From assembly GCA_964603585.1 (NCBI GenBank), contig CAZRVK010000004.1, positions 438-64,437 on the forward strand: a DNA stretch of 64,000 nucleotides. The letters run 5' to 3'. Origin of the DNA: an uncultured Planctomycetales bacterium. Its GTDB lineage: Bacteria; Omnitrophota; Gorgyraeia; Gygaellales; Profunditerraquicolaceae. A program made the translations under genes and the position numbers. This document shows, piece after piece, positions 9,223-18,369 of the stretch (the stretch's first letter is position 1; each line of letters begins with the position of its first letter). The notes beneath the pieces were generated by a model that was given only the letters and a program-made list of their open reading frames with translations, did not search any database and was not told where the DNA came from.

Positions 9223-9788
9223 AAATCGGTATTTTGGGAGGAACTTTTAATCCGGTTCATATCGGGCATTTGATCTTAGCGGAAGAGGCCAGGGAGAAAT
9301 TAGCCCTGGATAAAGTGGTTTTTGTCCCGGCTTATTTTCCGCCACACAAGGATAATCTTGATATTGCACCGGCCAGTGACCGGTTTAATATGATCTCTTT
9401 AGCCATAAGAGGCAATAAGTATTTTTCTGTATCGGATATCGAGATAAAAAGGGACGGCCGGTCATATACCATAGATACGGTTAAGATGTTTAAGAATAAA
9501 TTCCCTAAAGATGAATTGTTCTTTATTACAGGATCGGACCTTTTAAAATACCTTGATGAATGGAAGGATTTTTCCGAGATCATAAAAATGGTCAAATTCG
9601 TCGTTGCTACGCGGCCGGGATATCTTCTGGAGAATATCCCCAGCTATATTCAGACGGTAGCAATCAGGGCAGTGGATGTTTCAGCTTTTGAGATTAGGCA
9701 GTGTATCAAGAATAATATGTCTTTTCGTTATCTTGTGCCGGAGACAGTATGCCTGTATATACAGCGAAAAAAACTTTACCGAACATGA
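9219..9788 (+). CDS. nadD: Nicotinate-nucleotide adenylyltransferase
   Basis: MKIGILGGTFNPVHIGHL (the (H/T)xGH nucleotidyltransferase motif). ATGA overlap with proA. Conserved obg-proB-proA-nadD synteny. Confidence 0.85.
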   Translation: MKIGILGGTFNPVHIGHLILAEEAREKLALDKVVFVPAYFPPHKDNLDIAPASDRFNMISLAIRGNKYFSVSDIEIKRDGRSYTIDTVKMFKNKFPKDELFFITGSDLLKYLDEWKDFSEIIKMVKFVVATRPGYLLENIPSYIQTVAIRAVDVSAFEIRQCIKNNMSFRYLVPETVCLYIQRKKLYRT

Positions 9789-10429
9789 TTAAGATCGCTC
9801 CATCCATACTCTCTGCGGATTTTAGCTGTTTAGACCGGCAGATCAAGAATGTTGAACGTGCAGGTGCGGATATCCTGCATGTAGATGTAATGGATGGGCA
9901 TTTCGTCCCGAATATTACCATTGGGCCTTTGGTTGTTAAAAGCATCCGAAAGGTCACAAAATTGCCTTTAGATGTGCATTTGATGATCTCGCGGCCGGAA
10001 TCCTTTATCGGCCGGTTTGTTGAGGCAGGATCTGACATGATCACCGTGCACATTGAAGCAACGTCTTTGGCCCGGATTCGCGTTATGAGCCGTGAGCTAA
10101 GAAGTAAAGGGATAAAATTCGGTGTTTCTTTAAACCCGCATACCGCGCTTTTGAGGATCAAGCCGATCCTCGGTGCGGTTGATTTTGTGCTGGTTATGTC
10201 CGTTAACCCCGGGTTTGGAGGGCAGACATTCATGCCTGTGGTATTGCCGAAGATAAAGGCCTTGCGGAGTATTTTTCCAGGGGATATTTCCGTTGATGGA
10301 GGGATAAATGACCGGACATCTAAATTGGTGATTGACGCCGGGGCTAACATTTTAGCCGCGGGAGCGTATATATTTACAGCCGTAGATGCTAAACTTGCTA
10401 TGGAAAGGATGAGGCATGTCGCAAAATAA
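9785..10429 (+). CDS. rpe: Ribulose-phosphate 3-epimerase
   Basis: MIKIAPSILSADF...HVDVMDGHFVPNIT... The track ORF starts 12 codons earlier. The ATG at 9785 overlaps the nadD stop (ATGA). Confidence 0.85.
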   Translation: MIKIAPSILSADFSCLDRQIKNVERAGADILHVDVMDGHFVPNITIGPLVVKSIRKVTKLPLDVHLMISRPESFIGRFVEAGSDMITVHIEATSLARIRVMSRELRSKGIKFGVSLNPHTALLRIKPILGAVDFVLVMSVNPGFGGQTFMPVVLPKIKALRSIFPGDISVDGGINDRTSKLVIDAGANILAAGAYIFTAVDAKLAMERMRHVAK

Positions 10430-11801
10430 TGAGATAAAGTTCGGAACGGATGGATGGCGCGCGGTGATCGGGGATACTTATACCTTTAGTAACCTTAAGA
10501 TCCTGGCACAGGCAGTAAGTGATTATTTGGGGTCGGGCAAAACAGTGGCGGTAGGTTTCGATACCCGTTTTATGTCCGGAGATTTTGCAAAAATATCCGC
10601 ACAGGTTCTTGCGGCCAACGGAATAAAGGTGGTTTTATCCGACCGGCCGGTTCCCACGCCTGCGTTGAGTTTTGCCGTCAAATCACGGGGTATGGATCTG
10701 GGGATCATGATTACCGCTTCGCACAACCCTGCTGAATACAACGGTTTTAAAATAAAAACCGCCTCCGGCGGCGCGGCCGGGCCAGAGGTGACTAAGGCAG
10801 TCGAGGAACTTTTAGGGAATACACCGGTCAAACAATTTACAAGTGATTCCCAGCCGATCATTACTGATGACCTGACCCGTGATTATGTGAAGTTTATCCG
10901 CAAATATATTGATCTAAAACGGATTAAAACCAAGAAGTTCAAGGTCTTAGTCGATGCCATGTATGGTTCTGGCGATACCTTGATCGCCGATATCCTTAAA
11001 GGCACCGGGATAAAACTGGAGTTCATGCGTAATACCATTAATCCATCGTTTTTAGGCAAGCGCCCGGAACCGGTAGAGGAGAATCTTCAGGAATTAAAGG
11101 CGCGGGTAAAAAATGAGTCGTTCGATCTTGGGATCGCTTTGGATGGAGATGCCGACCGTATAGCCGCGGTCGCACCAAAAGGCGTTTTTATTCATCCACA
11201 AAAGATCCTCGGACTTTTAGCGATCCATTTGAACCAGGACCGTAAATGGTCAGGAGGTATTGTAAAGACCATCTGCGGGAGCATGATGATCGATAATATC
11301 GCCAGAGCCCTGGGCGTTAAATTGTATGAGACCCCGGTAGGGTTTAAATATATTTCAAACCTGATGGAGACCGAGGATATTATCGCCGGAGGCGAAGAAG
11401 CCGGAGGCATGGGGGTCAAGAATTATATCCCGGAGCGCGACGGCAGTGTAGCCGGGATGCTGCTTTTAGAAATGATGGTCTATCGGAAAAAGAATATTTT
11501 GAAGATATTGGAGGAAACCGAGGATGAATTCGGCAAATATTATTATGTGCGCGCGGATTTCCATCTGGCGAAGCGCCTGGAGCCGAAAAAAGAGGATTTG
11601 CCTGCGGAGTTATTAGGGAAAAAGGTGGTGGAGATCAAGGATTACGACGGTATTAAATTGATTTGCGAGGATATGAGCTGGTTAATGTTCCGCGGCTCTG
11701 GGACTGAACCGATTATGCGCACCTATGCGGAAGCAAAAAGCTTGTCCCGGGCAAAGGCATTGCTTAAGGCAGGCGAGCGCATTATTATGAGCATGCAATG
11801 A
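10416..11801 (+). CDS. Phosphoglucomutase/phosphomannomutase family protein (alpha-D-phosphohexomutase)
   Basis: FGTDGWRAVIG N-terminal motif and the active-site loop TASHNPAEYNGFK. 461 aa. Confidence 0.8.
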   Translation: MSQNNEIKFGTDGWRAVIGDTYTFSNLKILAQAVSDYLGSGKTVAVGFDTRFMSGDFAKISAQVLAANGIKVVLSDRPVPTPALSFAVKSRGMDLGIMITASHNPAEYNGFKIKTASGGAAGPEVTKAVEELLGNTPVKQFTSDSQPIITDDLTRDYVKFIRKYIDLKRIKTKKFKVLVDAMYGSGDTLIADILKGTGIKLEFMRNTINPSFLGKRPEPVEENLQELKARVKNESFDLGIALDGDADRIAAVAPKGVFIHPQKILGLLAIHLNQDRKWSGGIVKTICGSMMIDNIARALGVKLYETPVGFKYISNLMETEDIIAGGEEAGGMGVKNYIPERDGSVAGMLLLEMMVYRKKNILKILEETEDEFGKYYYVRADFHLAKRLEPKKEDLPAELLGKKVVEIKDYDGIKLICEDMSWLMFRGSGTEPIMRTYAEAKSLSRAKALLKAGERIIMSMQ

Positions 11802-12409
11802 TTTATTGGGTTTCTCGTTTTATTTGTTTTTTAATTCTCAAAGCCTTTTTTCGCCTTAAGGTTTACGGCCGGGAAAATATCCCTAAATCGGGAGGGTTTC
11901 TTATTGCTTCTAATCATGTGAGTTATCTTGATCCTCCGGCTGTAGGGGTTAGCTGCCCGCGCTCTTTGAATTACATGGCGAAAAAAGAAATGTTCGGTAA
12001 TTTCTTTGCTTCATGGTATTTATCTAAACTGCATGTTTTTCCGGTTAAAAGAGGCAGTGCGGATTTTGGGTCGTTAAAGAACGCTATACGCGTATTAAAT
12101 AACGGTTCAGGGTTATTGATCTTCCCGGAAGGGACACGCCAGACCCAAGGGGTATCAAATGATCCAGAACCGGGTATTGGATTTATTGCGGCCAAGATTG
12201 ATGCAGCGGTGATCCCGGCTTATGTAAGCGGCACGGATGTTGTTTTACCAAAAGGGGCGAAAGGGTTTAAGTTTGCCCGGGTTTGTGTGTATTTTGGAAA
12301 GCCGGTTTTTATCCAAAAGGGTATGCCTTATCGTGATATTGCAAACAGGATAATGGAAGATATAAGGCAGCTCTCAAAAATTGAGGCAAAGGAGGTGGCA
12401 GTTTTGTAA
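11798..12409 (+). CDS. plsC: 1-acyl-sn-glycerol-3-phosphate acyltransferase
   Basis: Acyltransferase motifs NHVSYLDP and FPEGTR. ATGA overlap with the upstream gene. Confidence 0.8.
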   Translation: MIYWVSRFICFLILKAFFRLKVYGRENIPKSGGFLIASNHVSYLDPPAVGVSCPRSLNYMAKKEMFGNFFASWYLSKLHVFPVKRGSADFGSLKNAIRVLNNGSGLLIFPEGTRQTQGVSNDPEPGIGFIAAKIDAAVIPAYVSGTDVVLPKGAKGFKFARVCVYFGKPVFIQKGMPYRDIANRIMEDIRQLSKIEAKEVAVL

Positions 12410-12496
12410 CAGGTTGATAGAATTATCAGTTTTACAAGATAGATCGGTAGTTTTCTAAAACTTCAAAAAAATGAGATCCTTAGGAGGGATTTATAA

Positions 12497-14038
12497 ATGG
12501 CAGAAGAAAATTTAACCATGGAGCAGTTGTATAATGAAAGTATCAAAATAATCAAGGAAGGCCAGATTATCACCGGTAAGATCGTGTCGATAAAGGCAAA
12601 AGAAGTCCTGGTGGATATCGGCTTTAAATCAGAAGGGATTGTCGCGATAACTGAATTCGCCAAAGATGAGCTTGAGCTCGGCAAAGAGATTGATTTTCTG
12701 ATCGAGTCTATCGAGAATGATGCCGGGGCGATGGTGCTTTCCCGTGAAAAGGCGATGCGCATCAAAGGCTGGGATAAGATCCTTAAGCAGGCCCAAGAGG
12801 GGGATTTGGTCGATGGCCGTCCGGTAAAGAAGGTCAAAGGCGGGTTCTTAGTCGATGTTATGGGAATAGAAGGGTTTTTACCGGCATCGCTTTCGGCTTT
12901 TAAGAATGTTGCCGATAAAGATATCCTGTATAAGGTATTTAAGTTCAAGATCGTCAAGATCAATAACTTAAGGAGAAGCTTGATCTTGTCACGCCGGGAA
13001 GCGATGCAAAAGGCCAAAGAAGAGGCAAAAGAGAAGATCTGGCAGGACTTAAAACCCGGGATCATTCATCCAGGTACGGTCAAGGCGATCACTGATTTTG
13101 GCGCCTTTGTTGATTTGGGCGGCGTAGACGGTTTGCTGCATATTACCGATATGTCCTGGTCAAAGATCAGCCATCCTTCGGAACTGGTAGCGATAGGGGA
13201 CAAGATCGAAGTGATGATCTTAAACCTTGATAAAGAATCCGGAAAGGTGTCTTTAGGCTTGAAGCAAAGGCTGCCTGACCCTTGGTCGGATATCCAGACC
13301 AAATATGCCCCGGGAGCCAAGGTTAAGGGCAAGGTTGTGAACATCCTTCCGTATGGTGTGTTTGTGGAACTGGAAAAGGGTATTGAAGGGCTGGTGCATG
13401 TTTCAGAACTTTCCTGGACTAAACGTATTAATAATCCCGGAGAGATGTTTGCCATTGGGGATATAGTTGAGGCGCAGGTGATCAGCGTGGAAAAAGAGTC
13501 GCGCCGGATATCATTGAGCCTTAAGCAACTGGAGCAAAATCCTTGGGTTGATGCTGATTCCAAATTCAGCGTAGGAGCAAAGGTTTCCGGCAAAGTCCGT
13601 GGGTTTACGGATTACGGGGCTTTTGTAGAACTTGACGGCAATCTGGAAGGGATGATCCATATTTCGGATATGTCCTGGACTAAAAGAGTGTCACATCCGC
13701 AGGATGTGCTGAAAAAATCCCAAAAGATCGAGGTGATGATACTGTCTGTCGATGCACAAAACCGCCGGATTGCCTTGGGGATGAAGCAGCTGCAGTCTAA
13801 TCCCTGGACCGAGATTGCGCGCCAATATCCGATCGATACGGTCTTAGATGCCGAGGTGGTAAGTATTACTGATTTCGGGGTTTTTGTTAAAATAACCGAA
13901 GAGCTCGAAGGTTTGGTTTACGCCAGCGAGATCGATAAGGATAAAAGTACGCAATTAAAACCGGGTGAAAAAATCAGCGTTAAAGTCATTAAGGTTGATG
14001 TTGAGCAGGGTAAGATCGGGCTGTCAGCAAGGTTGTAA
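12497..14038 (+). CDS. rpsA: 30S ribosomal protein S1
   Basis: 513 aa with repeated S1 domains (ITGKIVSI.., GTVKAITDFGAFVDLGG.., GKVVNILPYGVFVEL.., GKVRGFTDYGAFVEL..). An AGGAGGG RBS lies upstream. Confidence 0.9.
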   Translation: MAEENLTMEQLYNESIKIIKEGQIITGKIVSIKAKEVLVDIGFKSEGIVAITEFAKDELELGKEIDFLIESIENDAGAMVLSREKAMRIKGWDKILKQAQEGDLVDGRPVKKVKGGFLVDVMGIEGFLPASLSAFKNVADKDILYKVFKFKIVKINNLRRSLILSRREAMQKAKEEAKEKIWQDLKPGIIHPGTVKAITDFGAFVDLGGVDGLLHITDMSWSKISHPSELVAIGDKIEVMILNLDKESGKVSLGLKQRLPDPWSDIQTKYAPGAKVKGKVVNILPYGVFVELEKGIEGLVHVSELSWTKRINNPGEMFAIGDIVEAQVISVEKESRRISLSLKQLEQNPWVDADSKFSVGAKVSGKVRGFTDYGAFVELDGNLEGMIHISDMSWTKRVSHPQDVLKKSQKIEVMILSVDAQNRRIALGMKQLQSNPWTEIARQYPIDTVLDAEVVSITDFGVFVKITEELEGLVYASEIDKDKSTQLKPGEKISVKVIKVDVEQGKIGLSARL

Positions 14039-14053
14039 TTACGTACGTTAACA

Positions 14054-14152
14054 GTGTCATTGCGAGGACCGAAGGCCTGACGCAATCTTTAAGTGAAAGA
14101 TTGTCTGCCAGCCGGCAGGCAGGTTTCGTCGTTTCGCTTTTCGCAATGACAC
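14054..14152 (+). other. Structured intergenic element between rpsA and tyrS (12-bp terminal inverted repeats enclosing two hairpins)
   Basis: gtgtcattgcga (14054-14065) is the perfect reverse complement of tcgcaatgacac (14141-14152). Inside are an AT-rich hairpin caatcttt/aaagattg (14084-14104) and a GC-rich hairpin ctgcc..ggcag (14105-14122) followed by a T-rich run. The left arm can alternatively pair with cgcaat at 14081-14086. Confidence 0.35.
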
Positions 14153-14178
14153 ACTTACTCCATCGGGGGTGCCTGGAT

Positions 14179-15348
14179 ATGTTGGGAGTTGATCAACAGC
14201 TTGAGATAATTAAACGCGGGGCAGTTGATATAATCCTTGAGCCGCAGCTGCGCACAAAACTTGAACAAAGCCAAAAAAGCGGCAAACCCTTGAATATCAA
14301 AGCGGGTTTTGATCCGACGGCTCCGGATATCCATTTGGGACATACCGTGCTTTTGCGTAAACTGCGCCAGTTCCAGGACCTGGGGCATAAGGTTTTCTTT
14401 TTGATCGGTGATTTTACCGCCCGGATCGGGGATCCGACCGGAAGGTCTGTTTTAAGAAAACAGCTTAGCCGGCAGGAAGTGCTGGCATTTGCCGAGACTT
14501 ATAAAAAGCAGGTTTCCAAGGTCCTGGATATAGATAAGTTAACCGTTGTCTTTAACAGCCAGTGGTTTGAGGCTATGCCGGTCATGGAACTGCTGAATCT
14601 TACTACCCATGCCACAGTTTCTCAAATGCTGGCCCGGGCAGATTTTAAAAAACGCATTTCAAAAAATGAAGATATTTCTCTCTTGGAATTCATGTATCCT
14701 TTGCTTCAGGGATATGATTCCGTAAAGATAGAAGCCGATATTGAATTGGGCGGGACAGATCAGATCTTTAATCTTTTGGTAGGCCGTGATATCCAGGCAG
14801 ATTTTGGCCAGCCGCAGCAGGTCGTGATCACGATGCCGCTTTTGGAAGGGACCGACGGTATCCAGAAGATGAGTAAATCATACGGCAATTATATCGGGAT
14901 AAATGAAGGAGCCCCCGAAATGTTCGGAAAGGTTATGTCGGTTTCCGATGAATTAATGCTAAAGTATTATACCTTGCTTACCGACGAAAATCTCGATGCG
15001 CTGAAGGGTATGCATCCTAAGGAGGCAAAATTAAAATTAGCCAAGATCATTGTCAGCCAGTATTGTTCACCTGATGCAGCCGCTGCGGCAGAAGAGGCCT
15101 TTAACCGGGTCTTTAGCCGTAAATTGGCTCCTGTGGATATGCCGGAATATAAGATTGATGGGGCAAGAAGTGTTGTTGCAGTTTTAGTTTCCAGCGGTAT
15201 AGTAAAAAGCGGAAATGAAGCGCGCAGATTGATAAAACAAGGAGCAGTGTTTTTTGATAACGAGAATATTACAGGAGAGGATTTTCTGATCGACAGGCAA
15301 GGGGTACTTAAGGCCGGGTCACGAAGATATCTCAAGATAATTCTCTAA
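14179..15348 (+). CDS. tyrS: Tyrosine--tRNA ligase
   Basis: HIGH motif (PDIHLGH) and KMSKS motif (KMSKSYGN) with a C-terminal S4-like domain. The track ORF begins at 14101 but the conserved protein starts at the ATG at 14179, preceded by GGGGGTG. Confidence 0.85.
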   Translation: MLGVDQQLEIIKRGAVDIILEPQLRTKLEQSQKSGKPLNIKAGFDPTAPDIHLGHTVLLRKLRQFQDLGHKVFFLIGDFTARIGDPTGRSVLRKQLSRQEVLAFAETYKKQVSKVLDIDKLTVVFNSQWFEAMPVMELLNLTTHATVSQMLARADFKKRISKNEDISLLEFMYPLLQGYDSVKIEADIELGGTDQIFNLLVGRDIQADFGQPQQVVITMPLLEGTDGIQKMSKSYGNYIGINEGAPEMFGKVMSVSDELMLKYYTLLTDENLDALKGMHPKEAKLKLAKIIVSQYCSPDAAAAAEEAFNRVFSRKLAPVDMPEYKIDGARSVVAVLVSSGIVKSGNEARRLIKQGAVFFDNENITGEDFLIDRQGVLKAGSRRYLKIIL

Positions 15349-15351
15349 ACC

Positions 15352-16632
15352 ATGCCTTTATTATTGAAAAGACTGCTCAATTCTGATGGTTTCAATAAAA
15401 ATGTCATTATCGTATTTATTGGAACGTCTTTGATCAATGTGCTTAATCTGGTATATCAGTTTATCATTCTGCGCTTTCTTTCTGCCTCGGATTTTGCCGG
15501 ATTTAACGCATTGCTTTCCATTTTTACCCCGGTATCCATTGCTTTAGGTGCGTTACAGCTGGCAGTCGCTAAATATATTGCACAGTTTAAGGCGTGCAAA
15601 GAGCCTTCCCGTATCAAGTCTTTACTTCAATCAGTTCTTAAAAGTTCGTTTATCCTTGCATTAGGTATATTCCTTATTTTCTTTTTCCTTTGTCCGTATC
15701 TTATGCAGAGGATGAAGATATCCTCTTTATCGGCTGGGTATATCCTGGCGGTTTTGTTTGCGTTATCTGCGGTTGTCCCGGTTTTCCTGGGCGCCTTGCA
15801 GGGATTAGAGCGTTTTAACTGGCTGATGTCGGTTTCGATCGTAAGCAGTATTCTAAAGCTGGTTTTGGGCGTATTTTTTATCCGGCTGGGATTCGGGATA
15901 AGCGGAGCCGTGGGGGCGTTATTGTTATCTGCGGCAATCGCGCTTATTTTAAGCGCTTTTCCGTTAAGAAAATGGATTTCTTTCTTGCACCGGGATAAAT
16001 ACCAGGGGGACACCAAAGAGGTGATGAAGTATGTTCTTCCGGTAGGGATCGCGACATTTTGTTATATGCAGTTAGTCAATATGGATATGGTCCTGGTAAG
16101 GAATTTGTTCTCGGAAGAAAGTTCCGGAGTATATTCCTTAGCACAGGTTTTTGGAAAGATCTTCCTTTTTCTTCCAGGGGCGATAAGTATAGTAATGTTT
16201 CCCAGGATCAGCGGGCTGAATGCGAGGAATATGGATACGACCGCTATTTTTAAAAGATCGATAACCTTGGTTTTGACACTGGGGCTTTTCGCCAACCTGG
16301 TTTATAACCTTTTCCCGGGAATGATATTTTCTTTTTTTAACCTTGTTACCGGCAAGGATTTTTCCGGGGCTTTTGACCTTGGCCGTTTGTTCGGGGTCTC
16401 AATGACCATTTTTGCCGTTCTGCAGATATTAGTTTCATATTTTCTTCCTCTTAAAGATTTCCGTTTCATAAAATACTTATGCTTCGGCGTGTTGATACAG
16501 GCGCTGGCGATTTGGGGGTATCATCCTGATTTGATCTGTGTGCAGGCGATTGTCTGTATAAACGGCTTTATCATCTGTGCGGTATTGTTATTACTGGTAA
16601 GGTCTAATCCCGATAAGGCAGTTATGAAATGA
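15352..16632 (+). CDS. Polysaccharide biosynthesis protein / oligosaccharide flippase (Wzx-like, MOP superfamily)
   Basis: 426 aa and highly hydrophobic with about 12 predicted TM helices. The first gene of the glycan block. Confidence 0.65.
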   Translation: MPLLLKRLLNSDGFNKNVIIVFIGTSLINVLNLVYQFIILRFLSASDFAGFNALLSIFTPVSIALGALQLAVAKYIAQFKACKEPSRIKSLLQSVLKSSFILALGIFLIFFFLCPYLMQRMKISSLSAGYILAVLFALSAVVPVFLGALQGLERFNWLMSVSIVSSILKLVLGVFFIRLGFGISGAVGALLLSAAIALILSAFPLRKWISFLHRDKYQGDTKEVMKYVLPVGIATFCYMQLVNMDMVLVRNLFSEESSGVYSLAQVFGKIFLFLPGAISIVMFPRISGLNARNMDTTAIFKRSITLVLTLGLFANLVYNLFPGMIFSFFNLVTGKDFSGAFDLGRLFGVSMTIFAVLQILVSYFLPLKDFRFIKYLCFGVLIQALAIWGYHPDLICVQAIVCINGFIICAVLLLLVRSNPDKAVMK

Positions 16633-17423
16633 AAAGTATTAAAGAGAAAATATCTGTGGTTATGCCGGCCTATAATGAGGCATACCGGATCGCTTCAAGC
16701 ATCCAGGAAACCGTTGCCACGATGAACGATTTTGGCTGTTCCTGGGAGTTGATCGTTATGGATGACGGTTCTACCGATGATACCTATCAAATCGCCAGGC
16801 AATTCCAGGATAAATTCCCGGGAAAAGTCCTGGCGAAGAAAAACGCTTCTAATTGGGGGAAAGGCAGGGTTATTAAGAAAGCGATCCATTATGCCAGCGG
16901 AGACTATGTTGTTTTTCTGGATGCGGACCTGGATTTGAATCCGGTGCAGATCCAGACGCTTTTCGATATCATGCGCATGGATAAGGCGGATGTGGTGATC
17001 GGTTCTAAAATGCATCCCAATTCGGTGGTTAATTATCCCTGGCACCGTAAAATCATCAGCATGGTTTATTACTGCTTGGTGAAATCATTATTTGGCCTGC
17101 CGTGCCGTGATACACAGACCGGTTTAAAGCTGTTCAAGGCACAGGTATTGCGAGATGTGCTTCCATGTCTATTGGTAAAGAAATTTGCGTTTGATGTAGA
17201 GATCCTGATAAATGCCCATCGCCTGGGCTATAAAATAACCGATGCCCCTATAGTTATTGATCCTAAAACGCATTTTGGCTGGATCAAACCAAAGACCATA
17301 CTTGTTACTTTATGGGATACCTTGGCTATATTTTACCGGTTGTTCATCCTAAAATACTATGACCGTATCGATTATCATCGCCGTAAAAACCTGGCAAAAG
17401 AATTTAGAAGAATGCGTAAGTAA
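16629..17423 (+). CDS. Glycosyltransferase family 2
   Basis: VVMPAYNE N-terminal motif and DDGSTDDT (DXD region). ATGA overlap with the flippase gene. Confidence 0.8.
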   Translation: MKSIKEKISVVMPAYNEAYRIASSIQETVATMNDFGCSWELIVMDDGSTDDTYQIARQFQDKFPGKVLAKKNASNWGKGRVIKKAIHYASGDYVVFLDADLDLNPVQIQTLFDIMRMDKADVVIGSKMHPNSVVNYPWHRKIISMVYYCLVKSLFGLPCRDTQTGLKLFKAQVLRDVLPCLLVKKFAFDVEILINAHRLGYKITDAPIVIDPKTHFGWIKPKTILVTLWDTLAIFYRLFILKYYDRIDYHRRKNLAKEFRRMRK

Positions 17424-18369
17424 TTGCCAGAAACTCGATTTCAATGATTTCGAGATCCTGGTCCTGCCTGATCTGCCTATTCTGGCAGGGCCGGTTTTTT
17501 CTGGCGACATACCGGTAAAGTTTATTCCCACAGGGGCAGTTAACCCGGCGAAGAAACGTGATATCGGCTTGGAATACGCGCGAGGTGAGATCATTGCTTT
17601 TCTTGATGATGATGCTTATCCTGAACCCTGCTGGCTTAAGAATGCCCTGGTTAATTTTGATGACCCGGAAGTTGCCGCAGTAGGCGGGCCGGCAGTAACT
17701 CCGGATAATGACAGCTTGGCGCAAAAGGCAAGCGGTGCTATTTATTCTACAGTTTTAGTCAGCGGCCAATATGTTTATCGGTATATCCCCAGGGAAAAAT
17801 TGTTCGTCGAAGATTTCCCCAGCTGTAATTTCCTGGTACGTAAAGCGGTAATGCTGGAATTAGGCGGGTTTAAAACCGATTTTTGGCCGGGAGAGGACAC
17901 TAAACTGTGTCTGGATATAACCAAGAGGTTAAGTAAAAAAATAATTTATGACCCTAAGGTAAAAGTATATCATCACCGCCGAGCGGTTTTTTCCGGACAT
18001 TTAAAGCAAATTGCCAGTTATGCATATCACCGGGGATATTTTGTCAAGCGTTACCCAGAGACTTCACTAAAACCTGCTTATTTTGTTCCCAGTTTGTTCC
18101 TGTTTTTATTGGCTCTTGGCGGGATTCTTGCGGCGGTTTTCCCGGTATTCCAACTGTTGTATTTTTCTTGTTTATCCTTATATCTTTTTATAATCCTGGT
18201 TTTTAGTCTTTTAAGCGGGAAAAAGGTATCTTTCGGCCTTAAAGGTATTGGGCTGGCTGTCTTGATTATTGATATCTTTATTGGTATAATATTAACTCAT
18301 CTTTTTTACGGGCTCTATTTTATAAAAGGCATTTTAGCGCATAGACTTAGAGAAGAAAGCCTTATATGA
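17359..18369 (+). CDS. Glycosyltransferase family 2 with C-terminal TM segments
   Basis: VSIIIAVK.. start and a DDDAYPEP (DXD-like) motif, with a hydrophobic C-terminus. The ORF overlaps the preceding GT2 gene by 65 nt. Confidence 0.7.
   Translation: MTVSIIIAVKTWQKNLEECVSNCQKLDFNDFEILVLPDLPILAGPVFSGDIPVKFIPTGAVNPAKKRDIGLEYARGEIIAFLDDDAYPEPCWLKNALVNFDDPEVAAVGGPAVTPDNDSLAQKASGAIYSTVLVSGQYVYRYIPREKLFVEDFPSCNFLVRKAVMLELGGFKTDFWPGEDTKLCLDITKRLSKKIIYDPKVKVYHHRRAVFSGHLKQIASYAYHRGYFVKRYPETSLKPAYFVPSLFLFLLALGGILAAVFPVFQLLYFSCLSLYLFIILVFSLLSGKKVSFGLKGIGLAVLIIDIFIGIILTHLFYGLYFIKGILAHRLREESLI

Noticed and set aside
9706-10350. 214-aa minus-strand ORF
   Set aside because: Antisense to rpe (and the nadD end). 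No motifs. Shadow ORF.
12463-13593. Two long minus-strand ORFs (200 and 175 aa) listed in the track
   Set aside because: They lie entirely antisense to the strongly supported rpsA gene and have no recognisable domains and low-complexity Ser/Pro-rich composition. Typical shadow ORFs.
14039-14178. T-box riboswitch upstream of tyrS
   Set aside because: Considered because tyrS is a classic T-box target. The region is only about 140 nt and lacks the conserved T-box sequence (AGGGUGGNACCGCG) and a specifier-loop architecture.
17359-17423. 65-nt overlap between two GT2 genes as evidence of a frameshifted single gene
   Set aside because: Both ORFs begin with their own canonical GT2 N-terminal motifs (VVMPAYNE and VSIIIAVK), so they are separate enzymes. 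The overlap is probably just a slightly mis-called start, or a genuine overlap.
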